NCBI GenBank assembly: GCA_045611765.1
Contig: JAZKXT010000006.1
Location: 32,203-96,202, forward strand
Length of the DNA stretch: 64,000 bases
DNA from: Clostridia bacterium
GTDB lineage: Bacteria > Bacillota > Clostridia > TANB77 > CAG-465
Direction of reading: 5' to 3'
A program made the translations under genes and the position numbers. This document shows, piece by piece, positions 40,921 through 50,518 of the stretch. Under the pieces are notes generated by a model. It had not been told where the DNA came from. It saw nothing but the letters and a program-made list of their open reading frames with translations, and made no database searches. Numbering within the stretch: the first letter of the stretch is position 1; each line of letters opens with the position of its first letter.

Positions 40921-43704
40921 TTATTTTGTGATTGCATCTATACATCTTGGACATATTGTAGAATGTTCCGCATGTTCTCCAACATGTTCATTGTATTTCC
41001 AGCATCTCTCACATTTTGTGCCTTTTGCTTTAGAAACTTCTATGCGTCTTTCGCCTATTTTTATATCTACTTTAGATACTATAAGAACCATTTCTAGTAC
41101 TTCTCTTATTTCGTTTAAATAGTCCGCTTTTTGTTCATTATCATAAATTGTAACGCAAGCATCTAGTGGGTGACCTATCGTTTTTTCTGCTCTTGCTTGC
41201 TCTAATGCTCCCAAAGCTTCATCTCTTAATTCATATATTGCATCCCATTTTGTAGCAAGTTCTGTGTTATTATATACATCATTTGATTTAGCCATAGGAA
41301 GTAATAATACAGAATCAAACTTATCTTCATCTTTAAGATTCATAAAGCTGTATATTTCTTCTGCGGTAAATGTAAGGATTGGTGCAAGCAAGCTTACCAT
41401 TGCTTTTAGCACGTCATACATTGTAGATTGAATGCTTAGACGAAGTTTGTCTTTGGCATTTAATGTATACAATCTATCTTTTACAACATCTAAGTATCTC
41501 GAACTTAATTCTGCTGTACAGAATCTGTGTATACTATTAAATACTCCATGAAATTCATATTTATCGTATGATGCTATACAATCACTTACAAGTGTATTTA
41601 GTTTTAACATAATGTATTTATCTAGTTCATCACGTTGTTCGTAATCTACATATTCTGCACTCGGATTAAAGTCTGACATATTTCCTAGCATAAATCTTGC
41701 TGTATTTCTTATCTTTTTATATACTTCAGCTATTCCTTTTATAATATCATCAGAAACTTTAACGTCAGCGTGGTAATCTGAAGATACTGTCCATAGTCTT
41801 AGAATGTCTGCACCATATTTATCACAAACACCAAGTGGATCTACACCGTTTCCTAAGCTCTTAGACATTTTTCTCTTATCTTCGTCTATTAAGAAACCGT
41901 GTGTAACATTTTCTTTGTATGGAGCTACACCTTTAACTGCAACAGATGTGAGCAGAGATGATTGGAACCATCCTCTATATTGGTCGTTACCTTCTAGGTA
42001 TAGGTCTGCTGGCCAAGATAAGCCATACTTTTCTGTATTTAAAACTGCAAAGTGACTTGAACCAGAATCAAACCAAACGTCCATTATGTCTGTTTCTTTC
42101 ACTAACTTATCGCATCCGCATTCACACTTAAAGTCATAGCCTTTAAGTAGTTCTTCAGGAGATAGTTCATACCAAGCATTTGTGCCAGTTTCTTTAAATA
42201 TTTCATTTAGTCTTGTTATTGTTTCATCATTTATTAATTCTTTGCCACAGTCTGCACAATAGAATATTGGAATTGGAACACCCCAAACTCTTTGACGAGA
42301 TATACACCAATCGCTTCTATCTTTAAGCATATTGTACATTCTATCTTCTCCCCAAGTTGGATACCATTTAATTGTTCTAATAGCCGCTAGCGCTTCGTCT
42401 CTAAATTTCTTAACAGAAGCAAACCATTGTGTTGTCGCTCTATATATAACTGGTTTGTGGCATCTCCAACAGTGTGGATATGGGTGAGTTAATTCTTTGC
42501 TTGCAAGTAGAGCGCCTGTTGTAGCTAAAACTTCTATTACTTTTTTATTTGCTTCAGTATACTTCATACCTTCAAGTTCGCCAGCTTCAGCTGTCATATA
42601 TCCCTTTTCATCAACTGGACATATAACTTCTATATCGCCATAACGTTTACACGCAAGATAGTCTTCATGTCCGTGGCCTGGAGCTGTATGTACAAGTCCC
42701 GTACCAGCATCAAGTGTAACAAGAAGGTCGTTATCTGAACCTAATATTACACGTGAAGTTTTATCTAGCATTGGATGCTGCAATAGTATGTTTTCAAGAG
42801 CTGCTCCTTTAAATGTTTTATCTAAAACTGTATATTCCGCAATTTCAGCTTCTTTCATTACAGATTCTATCATTTCTTCAGCTATTACATAATATTCATC
42901 ATTAACATTTACTATAGCATAATCGAATTCTGGATTTACAGTTACAGCTTGGTTCCCAGGCATTGTCCATGGCGTTGTTGTCCATATTACAAAGTATAGT
43001 TTGTTTGTGTTTACTACACCATTAAATACGCCATTATCTTGTTTAACTGCGAATTTAACAAAAATACTTGTAGCGGTATCATCTTGGTATTCGATTTCCG
43101 CTTCAGCCAAAGCTGTTCTACAATCTTCACACCAATATACCGGTTTAAGGTCGCGATATATATATCCCTTTTTATACATGTCTGCAAATACTTTTATTTG
43201 TTCAACCTCAAACTCAGGATCAAATGTAACATATTTATTATCGTAATCTGCTATAACTCCTAAACGTTTGAACCCTTTTTCTTGAGTTTCAACTTGAGTT
43301 AAAGCATATTCTTTACATTTTCTTCTAAATTCAGGAACTCCAACCATGTCTTTGCTTATTTTTAGTACTTGTTCTACTTTCTTCTCTATTGGAAGACCAT
43401 GTGTATCCCAACCAGGGATAAATGGTGCGTAGAATCCTTGCATATTTTTATATTTTATAATAATGTCTTTTAGTATTTTATTAAAGGCATGTCCTAAGTG
43501 TATATTACCGTTGGCATATGGTGGTCCATCATGTAATATAAATGACTTGTTTCCTTTATTCTTTTCCAATAATTTTTCATATACTTTTGCTTCGTTTTGT
43601 TTTTCTAAAACAGCTGGTTCTCTTTCAGGTAGATTCCCTCTCATTGGGAATTCTGTCTTTGGAAGGTTTAGTGTTTCAGAGTAGTTTTTCTTTTCATTTT
43701 CCAT
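40921..43704 (-). CDS. ileS: Isoleucine--tRNA ligase
   Basis: HIGH-like PYANGNIHLGHA, KMSKS, C-terminal zinc finger CxxC...CPRC, 927 aa. Confidence 0.95.
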   Translation of the reverse strand: MENEKKNYSETLNLPKTEFPMRGNLPEREPAVLEKQNEAKVYEKLLEKNKGNKSFILHDGPPYANGNIHLGHAFNKILKDIIIKYKNMQGFYAPFIPGWDTHGLPIEKKVEQVLKISKDMVGVPEFRRKCKEYALTQVETQEKGFKRLGVIADYDNKYVTFDPEFEVEQIKVFADMYKKGYIYRDLKPVYWCEDCRTALAEAEIEYQDDTATSIFVKFAVKQDNGVFNGVVNTNKLYFVIWTTTPWTMPGNQAVTVNPEFDYAIVNVNDEYYVIAEEMIESVMKEAEIAEYTVLDKTFKGAALENILLQHPMLDKTSRVILGSDNDLLVTLDAGTGLVHTAPGHGHEDYLACKRYGDIEVICPVDEKGYMTAEAGELEGMKYTEANKKVIEVLATTGALLASKELTHPYPHCWRCHKPVIYRATTQWFASVKKFRDEALAAIRTIKWYPTWGEDRMYNMLKDRSDWCISRQRVWGVPIPIFYCADCGKELINDETITRLNEIFKETGTNAWYELSPEELLKGYDFKCECGCDKLVKETDIMDVWFDSGSSHFAVLNTEKYGLSWPADLYLEGNDQYRGWFQSSLLTSVAVKGVAPYKENVTHGFLIDEDKRKMSKSLGNGVDPLGVCDKYGADILRLWTVSSDYHADVKVSDDIIKGIAEVYKKIRNTARFMLGNMSDFNPSAEYVDYEQRDELDKYIMLKLNTLVSDCIASYDKYEFHGVFNSIHRFCTAELSSRYLDVVKDRLYTLNAKDKLRLSIQSTMYDVLKAMVSLLAPILTFTAEEIYSFMNLKDEDKFDSVLLLPMAKSNDVYNNTELATKWDAIYELRDEALGALEQARAEKTIGHPLDACVTIYDNEQKADYLNEIREVLEMVLIVSKVDIKIGERRIEVSKAKGTKCERCWKYNEHVGEHAEHSTICPRCIDAITK

Positions 43705-43738
43705 TTGTATTTACTCCCTTTCTTATTACTAATTAACA

Positions 43739-45412
43739 TTATTTTATTATTCTTTCTAATCTTTCTCTTGTTTCACTTTCACCTAACACTTGCATAATAG
43801 CATAGATGTCTGGTGTATTTTGTTTGTTTGTAAGAGCTACACGTATAAAGCCAGTAACATCAGCAATGCTTCCTTTGAAAGCTTCTGGATTTGCTTTGTA
43901 TTCTTTCATGTTTACGCAATATCCTAAAGTTTCGGCCATAGCTTTTACAGCGTTAAACCAAGTTTCTTTATCTTGTGATGCATCATAAACTTTTAGATAT
44001 TCTGCTATAACAACTTTTACATCTTCTGTAGTAAACTTGCCTTCTTTTAAATCGAAGTTATACCCTTCTGTTATATTTTCATTAAATAGGGCCGTATACA
44101 TATAGAATATGTTTGGTAATATATCTTTGTATTTTGCAAAATCTTTTCTAATCTTGGTTACATTTTCTCTTTCAATACCTAAAACTTTTCTAGCATAATC
44201 TAAATCGCTATTTAAAAGCTCGTATAGTTCGTTATCATATTGTTTTGACCAAACTAATACATTATTTAAAAGTTCTTCTGTATTCATTCTAGCAATTACT
44301 TCTTTAGATACGTCTGTAAGTTTTACCATATCAAAAAGAGCTCCAGAACTGTTAAGCTTATCTAATTTTACTTTAAACTCTCTCCAATTAGCATCTTTGT
44401 TAGCTTTTCTCCATAATTCATAGTCTGAGTTAATAATAGTTAAAAGATATTCTAACACACTATCTACAGGATATCCTTCTTCCAAGAAGAAGCTTACTGC
44501 AGATTCAGGATCTTTTCTTTTACTTAATTTTCTCTTAGAACCATTATCATTTTTCATCATTGTTGGAGTATGAGCATATCTAACTTGTTCAAAACCTAAG
44601 GCTTCAAATAAGTCTAAATGAAGTGCTGTTGAAGGTATCCATTCTTCACCGCGAATTACAATAGTTGTTCTCATAAAGTGGTCGTCTACTGCATGTGCGA
44701 AGTGGTATGTTGGAAGTCCATCAGATTTAATTATTACTATATCTTGGTCGTTTTGAGCCATCTCAATTTTGCCACGTACAATATCTTGTACCTTAACTTT
44801 TCTCATATGGCTACCTTCTGACCTAAATCTTAAAACATAAGGCACTCCTGCTTTTATCTTTTCTATTTGTTCTTCAGTAGTATAATTTCTACATCTTGCA
44901 TATGTTCCATAATACCCAGGTATTTGTTTGTTCTTTTCTTGAGACTCACGTAACTTGTTTAAGTCCTCTGCTGAACAAAAACAAGGATAGGCTCTGCCAC
45001 GTCTAACTAGCTCTTTAGCACATATTTTATATATATGTTCTCTTTCGCTTTGTTTATATGGTCCATATTCTCCTACTTGTTCGGTTTCAGATACTAGCCC
45101 CTCATCGTTAATTATATTAAATGCTCTCATTTGATTTATTAAATCACGAGTTCCATTTTCTATTTCGCGTTTTTGGTCGGTATCTTCAATTCTAAACATA
45201 AATTTACCATTAGATTGGTTCGCAACTGTCATATCTATTAGTGCACCAAATAAACCTCCAATGTGTAAAAAACCTGTTGGAGATGGGGCAAAACGAGTTA
45301 CTTCCGCCCCATCTTCTAGATTCCTTTTAGGAAATCTTTTCTCTAAATCTTCTATTGTTTCTGTTATGTTTGGGAATATTAAATTTGCAAGTGTTTCTTT
45401 TAAGTTGTCCAT
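43739..45412 (-). CDS. gltX: Glutamate--tRNA ligase
   Basis: RFAPSPTGFLHIGG (HIGH) and KLSKRK (KMSKS) motifs, 557 aa. Confidence 0.85.
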   Translation of the reverse strand: MDNLKETLANLIFPNITETIEDLEKRFPKRNLEDGAEVTRFAPSPTGFLHIGGLFGALIDMTVANQSNGKFMFRIEDTDQKREIENGTRDLINQMRAFNIINDEGLVSETEQVGEYGPYKQSEREHIYKICAKELVRRGRAYPCFCSAEDLNKLRESQEKNKQIPGYYGTYARCRNYTTEEQIEKIKAGVPYVLRFRSEGSHMRKVKVQDIVRGKIEMAQNDQDIVIIKSDGLPTYHFAHAVDDHFMRTTIVIRGEEWIPSTALHLDLFEALGFEQVRYAHTPTMMKNDNGSKRKLSKRKDPESAVSFFLEEGYPVDSVLEYLLTIINSDYELWRKANKDANWREFKVKLDKLNSSGALFDMVKLTDVSKEVIARMNTEELLNNVLVWSKQYDNELYELLNSDLDYARKVLGIERENVTKIRKDFAKYKDILPNIFYMYTALFNENITEGYNFDLKEGKFTTEDVKVVIAEYLKVYDASQDKETWFNAVKAMAETLGYCVNMKEYKANPEAFKGSIADVTGFIRVALTNKQNTPDIYAIMQVLGESETRERLERIIK

Positions 45413-45453
45413 TTTAATTCTCCTTTTAAATCTATATTGTTATATTTTTACCT

Positions 45454-47157
45454 TTACTTATTCATTTTTACTTCAGTTATAATTGGAAGTATCATTGGAT
45501 TACGTTTTGTTTTCTTGTATACGAAATCACAAAGCTCTTGCCTTAAACCAGATTTTATTGCTGACCATTCTGTCACATGAGATTTCACAAGTTTTTGTAT
45601 TTGCTCTTTGGCAAACTCTCTTATTTCATCTACAAGGTCTTCAGATTCACGTACATATACAAATCCTCTTGTAATTATGTCTGGCCCACCCACAAGCGCG
45701 CCTGTACCACTTTCCAAAGAAAATACTACAAGTATCATACCATTTTCAGAAAGCATTTGTCTGTCTCTTAAAACTATGTTTCCAACATCTCCAACTCCAA
45801 GTCCGTCTACAAGTACTATTCCAGATGGAACTTGTGCTCCAAGTCTTGCACCTTTTTCATCAATTTCAAGTATTCTACCATTTTGTGATACGAATATATC
45901 GTCTGATTTCATGCCAATTTGTTTTGCAAGTTCTTTATGGTGTCTTAAAAATCTATATTCACCATGAACTGGCATAAAGTATTTTGGTTTTGTAAGCATT
46001 AGCATCAACTTTAATTCTTCTTGACAAGCGTGTCCGGAAACGTGTACATCTGCTAGTTGATTATATATTACTTCAGCTCCTATTTTTTGTAGTTCATCTA
46101 TTACTTTACCAATAGATTTTTCATTTCCTGGTATAGATGATGAAGAGAATATTACTAAATCTTTGTCTGTAATAGTAACTTTTTTGTGTTCCCCTTGTGA
46201 CATTCTTGCTAAGCCCGACATAGATTCTCCTTGAGAACCTGTTGTAATTATTACAAGTTGCTCTGGATTATATAATCCTATCTTATCTATTTCAATAAAC
46301 GTACCTTCTGGAGCTGTTAGGTATCCTAGTTCTTTTGCAACCCCCATAACACGTATCATACTGCGCCCTACTATCGCTACTTTTCTACCAAATTTAGCAG
46401 CAGATGTTACAATTTGTTGCATTCTGTGAATATTAGATGCAAATGTTGCAACAATAATTCTCTTGTTTGAATTCATAAATATTTTATCAAACTCAGCACC
46501 AACACTTCTTTCAGACATCGTGTAACCAGGTCTTTCTACGTTTGTAGAGTCTGACATAAGAAGCGTTACTCCTTTTGTTCCTAATTCTGCAAATCTTGCA
46601 AAATCCATAACTTGACCATCTATTGGAGTATAGTCTACTTTAAAATCTCCTGTGTGAACTACTGTACCAACTGGTGTAGTAATTGCAAATGCTACTGAGT
46701 CTGCTATAGAGTGAGTTGTACGTATAAATTCCACTCTAAATTTACCAGCCACAACTGTTTGTCTAGGTTCTACTATTTTTATTTTAGCGATTTTATCCAA
46801 TCCATGTTCTTCAAGTTTTGCTGTAATTAAACCCGCTGTAAGTTTTGTTGCAAATATTGGAACGTTCATTTTCTTTAAGAAATATGGAATTGCTCCAATG
46901 TGATCTTCGTGGCCATGAGTTATAAACAATCCTTTAACCTTTGTAATGTTTTTCTCTAGGTAAGTTGTATCTGGTATTACTAAATCAACTCCTAGCATGT
47001 CATCTTCCGGAAAACCAAGACCGCAGTCAACAATTATAATATCCTTACCATATTCAAATACTGTAATGTTTTTTCCTACTTCTTGAAGCCCACCTAGAGG
47101 AATTATTTTAAGTTTATCTTTTTCAAATATACTATCTTTTGTACCGTTCTTTATCAT
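45454..47157 (-). CDS. rnj: Ribonuclease J
   Basis: MBL motif HGHEDHIGA, beta-CASP, C-terminal domain. The longest ORF extends to 47334 with a K/E-rich N-terminal extension. The internal Met at 47157 gives the canonical length. Confidence 0.85.
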   Translation of the reverse strand: MIKNGTKDSIFEKDKLKIIPLGGLQEVGKNITVFEYGKDIIIVDCGLGFPEDDMLGVDLVIPDTTYLEKNITKVKGLFITHGHEDHIGAIPYFLKKMNVPIFATKLTAGLITAKLEEHGLDKIAKIKIVEPRQTVVAGKFRVEFIRTTHSIADSVAFAITTPVGTVVHTGDFKVDYTPIDGQVMDFARFAELGTKGVTLLMSDSTNVERPGYTMSERSVGAEFDKIFMNSNKRIIVATFASNIHRMQQIVTSAAKFGRKVAIVGRSMIRVMGVAKELGYLTAPEGTFIEIDKIGLYNPEQLVIITTGSQGESMSGLARMSQGEHKKVTITDKDLVIFSSSSIPGNEKSIGKVIDELQKIGAEVIYNQLADVHVSGHACQEELKLMLMLTKPKYFMPVHGEYRFLRHHKELAKQIGMKSDDIFVSQNGRILEIDEKGARLGAQVPSGIVLVDGLGVGDVGNIVLRDRQMLSENGMILVVFSLESGTGALVGGPDIITRGFVYVRESEDLVDEIREFAKEQIQKLVKSHVTEWSAIKSGLRQELCDFVYKKTKRNPMILPIITEVKMNK

Positions 47158-47480
47158 ATGTGGTTGTTGTTCTTTTTTGTTTAAGTTATTTAATCTTCTT
47201 CTAGCTGTTTTTTCTTCTGTTTTTGCTATACTTACGCTATCTATTGCAATATTATCTGTTTTTTCTAATTTTCTTTTTAATTCTTTATCTAAAAATTTAC
47301 CTTCTTCGTAAATTCCTTGTTTATTTTTTTCCATTTATCTCATCCTTTCTTTTTGTTATTAAACTCTATTAAATTTTAATTTCCGAATTCATTTTTCAAA
47401 CTTTAAAACAACCGCACAAAAACGTATATCTTGCGACACACAAATCTTTTAATATTATACTATTATGTATATGTAAAGTC

Positions 47481-47507
47481 AAGAAAAACGGCTCTATTTT
47501 AGCCGTT
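47481..47507 (-). terminator. Rho-independent terminator overlapping the pnuC stop codon
   Basis: AACGGCT-ctatttt-AGCCGTT with a T-run on the minus strand. Confidence 0.7.
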
Positions 47508-48173
47508 ATTTTCATTCTTTTTTTCTATATTTTTCTTAAACTTTTTGTTCCATTCACACAGTCCATAAATGTTATTTATTAAATATATAACCCACATAAC
47601 AAGCATAGAAATATTGGATATGTCCTGTACGCATTTTATACCCCAAAGAGCAATCATAGCAACGTTAGATACTATAAACATATGCCATTGTTCTACTTTC
47701 TTTTTAGATGTCATGTATAGTCCCGCTATACCTAGGATTATAGAAAGGCCATCAACCAACGCAAATTGTACACCAATCCTTGTTGCAACTACATTGTACA
47801 CAGATACGACTACTAATATTATTAGCCATATAACTAGTCTCTGCATATCAGCATATCTAGATATCTTCAATTTATTTTTACCATTCTTGTCTTTTCCCCA
47901 GTTGAAAAAAGTATATATTTGCATTGGGATACAATATATGAAATTATATATGCTTGTCCCAAACACGCCATTAGAATACATTATAACTCCGTAAAGCAAT
48001 GAATTGACTACTCCAAAAAGTTGACCATATCTGTTTTCAAAAACTGTATTAAATACATATATTACACCACATACCGCAGCTATAATTTGTAACAGCGAAG
48101 ATTTACTTATTATAGACAGTACTACTATAATTAGCACTGATAATATCATCCATATTTTACTTAATTTTTTCAT
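47499..48173 (-). CDS. pnuC: Nicotinamide riboside transporter PnuC-like
   Basis: 224 aa, about 7 TM helices, conserved Trp-containing motifs (FFNWGKD, LCEWNKKF) typical of PnuC. Confidence 0.6.
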   Translation of the reverse strand: MKKLSKIWMILSVLIIVVLSIISKSSLLQIIAAVCGVIYVFNTVFENRYGQLFGVVNSLLYGVIMYSNGVFGTSIYNFIYCIPMQIYTFFNWGKDKNGKNKLKISRYADMQRLVIWLIILVVVSVYNVVATRIGVQFALVDGLSIILGIAGLYMTSKKKVEQWHMFIVSNVAMIALWGIKCVQDISNISMLVMWVIYLINNIYGLCEWNKKFKKNIEKKNENNG

Positions 48174-48244
48174 ATGTTTATTTCCCTTTTCAAAACATTT
48201 TTAGCATTAAAAAACTTGATACCAGTCTAGTACCAAGTAGTTTT

Positions 48245-48318
48245 TGGCAGGGGCACTAGGAATCGAACCTAGCTCTGGAGTTTTGGAGACTCTTATTCTA
48301 CCAATGAACTATGCCCCT
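48245..48318 (-). tRNA. trnW: tRNA-Trp (anticodon CCA)
   Basis: 74-nt cloverleaf: acceptor AGGGGCA/TGCCCCT, T-arm CTAGG-TTCGATT-CCTAG, anticodon loop CTCCAAA, 3' GCCA. Close to E. coli tRNA-Trp. Confidence 0.85.
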
Positions 48319-48578
48319 ATCATGTTTCATATTATACTATATATATGTTATAAATTGCAAGAGTAAATTATACTTTTTTTGAAAAAGTTGGTAAATCCTA
48401 AAAGTTAGCACGTTTTATTTAAAACTATTCTTAAATAGAATTGTGTTAAGTTTTAGATTTAGTTAGTCTTGAAATTTACGTAACATTGTGATAGAATTAA
48501 TAAGCATTATAATGCTAAAGAGTTCCTAATGATTAATAGGAATAAAATCCAAATTAATATTTTAAGGAGAATAATAAA

Positions 48579-49064
48579 ATGAAAACTACTGCAAAAGTTG
48601 AACATCGAGACTATGTGCCTTCGTGGTATTTAGCTGTTACTTTCTGTAATGTGTATTTTTATGGTTTTCGGGCAAAAGAAATGGAAACAAAATGGCGGGA
48701 AATTAAAAAGATGCGTTTTGCCGAATACGACTTACTTGTTAAACAAAATGAAATCAAAATCCAATATTTGCTCGACACCGCAAACGAAATTCGTAATAAT
48801 GTAAAAAAGAATAAGCCATTTTATCGTTTTTGGTACAACAAAGTAGAAAAACATCAGATTGCTACAGCGGACGAGTATTTGTATAAGGCCGAGAAATTGG
48901 AAGAAGAAACCAAAGAGCTTAAAAATAAGCGCATATTTGATGTTTATGACTCTCTTAAAAAAATCGAAGAGCTTCTACAGCAAAATGGGTTTGTGCTAAC
49001 GCACACATCTTCTCGCGGAGAAGAGTGTGTTACAAAAACTGAAGTTTGGACACTCGAGGAATAG
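48579..49064 (+). CDS. Hypothetical protein
   Basis: 161-aa ORF, slightly higher GC than surroundings, followed by a strong hairpin. Confidence 0.35.
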   Translation: MKTTAKVEHRDYVPSWYLAVTFCNVYFYGFRAKEMETKWREIKKMRFAEYDLLVKQNEIKIQYLLDTANEIRNNVKKNKPFYRFWYNKVEKHQIATADEYLYKAEKLEEETKELKNKRIFDVYDSLKKIEELLQQNGFVLTHTSSRGEECVTKTEVWTLEE

Positions 49065-49077
49065 TTTCGTGTGCACT

Positions 49078-49110
49078 AAAAGACGCTTACAAATGTAAGC
49101 GTCTTTAGCA
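49078..49110. terminator. Bidirectional terminator (serves the hypothetical gene on + and rho on -)
   Basis: 12-bp stem AAAGACGCTTAC/GTAAGCGTCTTT with a 4-nt loop. Confidence 0.75.
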
Positions 49111-49207
49111 TAAGTTACTAACCTATTTTTATTTAACTGTATCTCAGGCATTTAACGTTGCTTTTTTGTGGTGCAAGTTATATTTGCCACTTGATTTATT
49201 CCTTATT

Positions 49208-50518
49208 TTATTTCTTTACAACTTGTTTCTTTAACATCTCTATAAATTCTATGTTGTTATCTGTTTTGGCAAACATGTTGAATATTTTTTCTGTTGTTTC
49301 TATTGCTTGTACTGAATTTTGATTTCCAATAAGTTTACGTATAATAGTACTTGCTTCTTGTTCCTCTTTAGATAACAGTAAGTCTTCCCTTCTAGATGAA
49401 GATTTTACAATATCTACTGCTGGGAATATTCTTCTTTCACTTAATTTTCTGTCTAAGTGTATTTCCATATTACCAGTGCCTTTGAATTCTTCAAATATAA
49501 TATCGTCCATACGACTTCCTGTGTCTATTAAAGCTGTTCCTAGTATTGTTAAGCTTCCACCTTTTTCTATATTTCTAGCAGCTCCAAAGAACTTTTTAGG
49601 GAAATGTAGACACACTGGGTCAATACCACCAGACAATGTTCTTCCAGATGGTTCAACTGTTAAGTTATTTGCCCTTGCAAGTCTTGTTATACTATCTAAA
49701 AGTATTACAACATCTCTGTTGTGTTCGACTAGTCTTTTAGCTCTTTCTAGCACCATTTTTGCAACTCTAATATGATGCTCCGGAGATTCATCAAATGTTG
49801 AAGAAATAACTAAAGCATCTATTGAACGTTCAATATCTGTTACTTCTTCCGGTCTTTCATCAATTAAAAGAACTATAAGAGTAACTTCTGGGTTATTTTT
49901 TCTAATACTTGTTGCTATTTGCTTTAATATAGTTGTTTTTCCCGCTTTTGGTGGAGCAACTATCATACCGCGACTGCCTTTTCCTATTGGTGCTAGTATA
50001 TCTAGTATTCTCATAGTAGTATCTGTTCCATTTTCTAGTTTTAACTTCTCATTTGGATATATTGGAATTAAAGCATCAAACGCCTTTCTTTTTAAAGCTA
50101 CATCTACTCTGTCATTATTTATTCCTTCTATAAATATCATGGAAGGGAATTTATTTGCTGGTTCTGTAGTAAAACGTGCAATACCCCTTAACATATCTCC
50201 TGTAGACAAATTAAATCTTCTTATTTGCATAGCAGACACATATACGTCACGGTTTCCAGAAAGTAGATTATCACTTCTTAAGAAACCATATCCATCTGGT
50301 AACACTTCTAGTATTCCTTCTGTTATAAAATCTGTTTCTGGATTTTCTATTTGTATGTCGTTTTTAGTTTCCAACTCTTTTTTCTCTTCTAGTTTTCCTA
50401 TAATTTCCTCAACTAAATATTCTTTTTTTAGTCTTTCAAAACCGTCTAATTTTATTTTTGCGGCTATTTCTCTAAGTTCTGTTAATGTTGCTGCCTTTAA
50501 ATATTCCTTGTTATACAT
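49208..50518 (-). CDS. rho: Transcription termination factor Rho
   Basis: Walker A GMIVAPPKAGKTT, Rho RNA-binding N-terminal domain, 436 aa. Confidence 0.9.
   Translation of the reverse strand: MYNKEYLKAATLTELREIAAKIKLDGFERLKKEYLVEEIIGKLEEKKELETKNDIQIENPETDFITEGILEVLPDGYGFLRSDNLLSGNRDVYVSAMQIRRFNLSTGDMLRGIARFTTEPANKFPSMIFIEGINNDRVDVALKRKAFDALIPIYPNEKLKLENGTDTTMRILDILAPIGKGSRGMIVAPPKAGKTTILKQIATSIRKNNPEVTLIVLLIDERPEEVTDIERSIDALVISSTFDESPEHHIRVAKMVLERAKRLVEHNRDVVILLDSITRLARANNLTVEPSGRTLSGGIDPVCLHFPKKFFGAARNIEKGGSLTILGTALIDTGSRMDDIIFEEFKGTGNMEIHLDRKLSERRIFPAVDIVKSSSRREDLLLSKEEQEASTIIRKLIGNQNSVQAIETTEKIFNMFAKTDNNIEFIEMLKKQVVKK

Noticed and set aside
48174-48244. Possible NAD-type riboswitch or NiaR operator upstream of pnuC
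   Set aside because: The intergenic space is only about 70 nt, too short for a riboswitch aptamer, and I cannot recall the NiaR box confidently enough to call it.
48245-48318. Concern that the tRNA-like sequence is a pseudogene because of the A-C mismatch at the top of the anticodon stem and the A1 start
   Set aside because: E. coli tRNA-Trp also starts with A1 and ends GCCCCUGCCA. A single 27-43 mismatch is common in functional tRNAs. The T-arm and acceptor stems are perfect.
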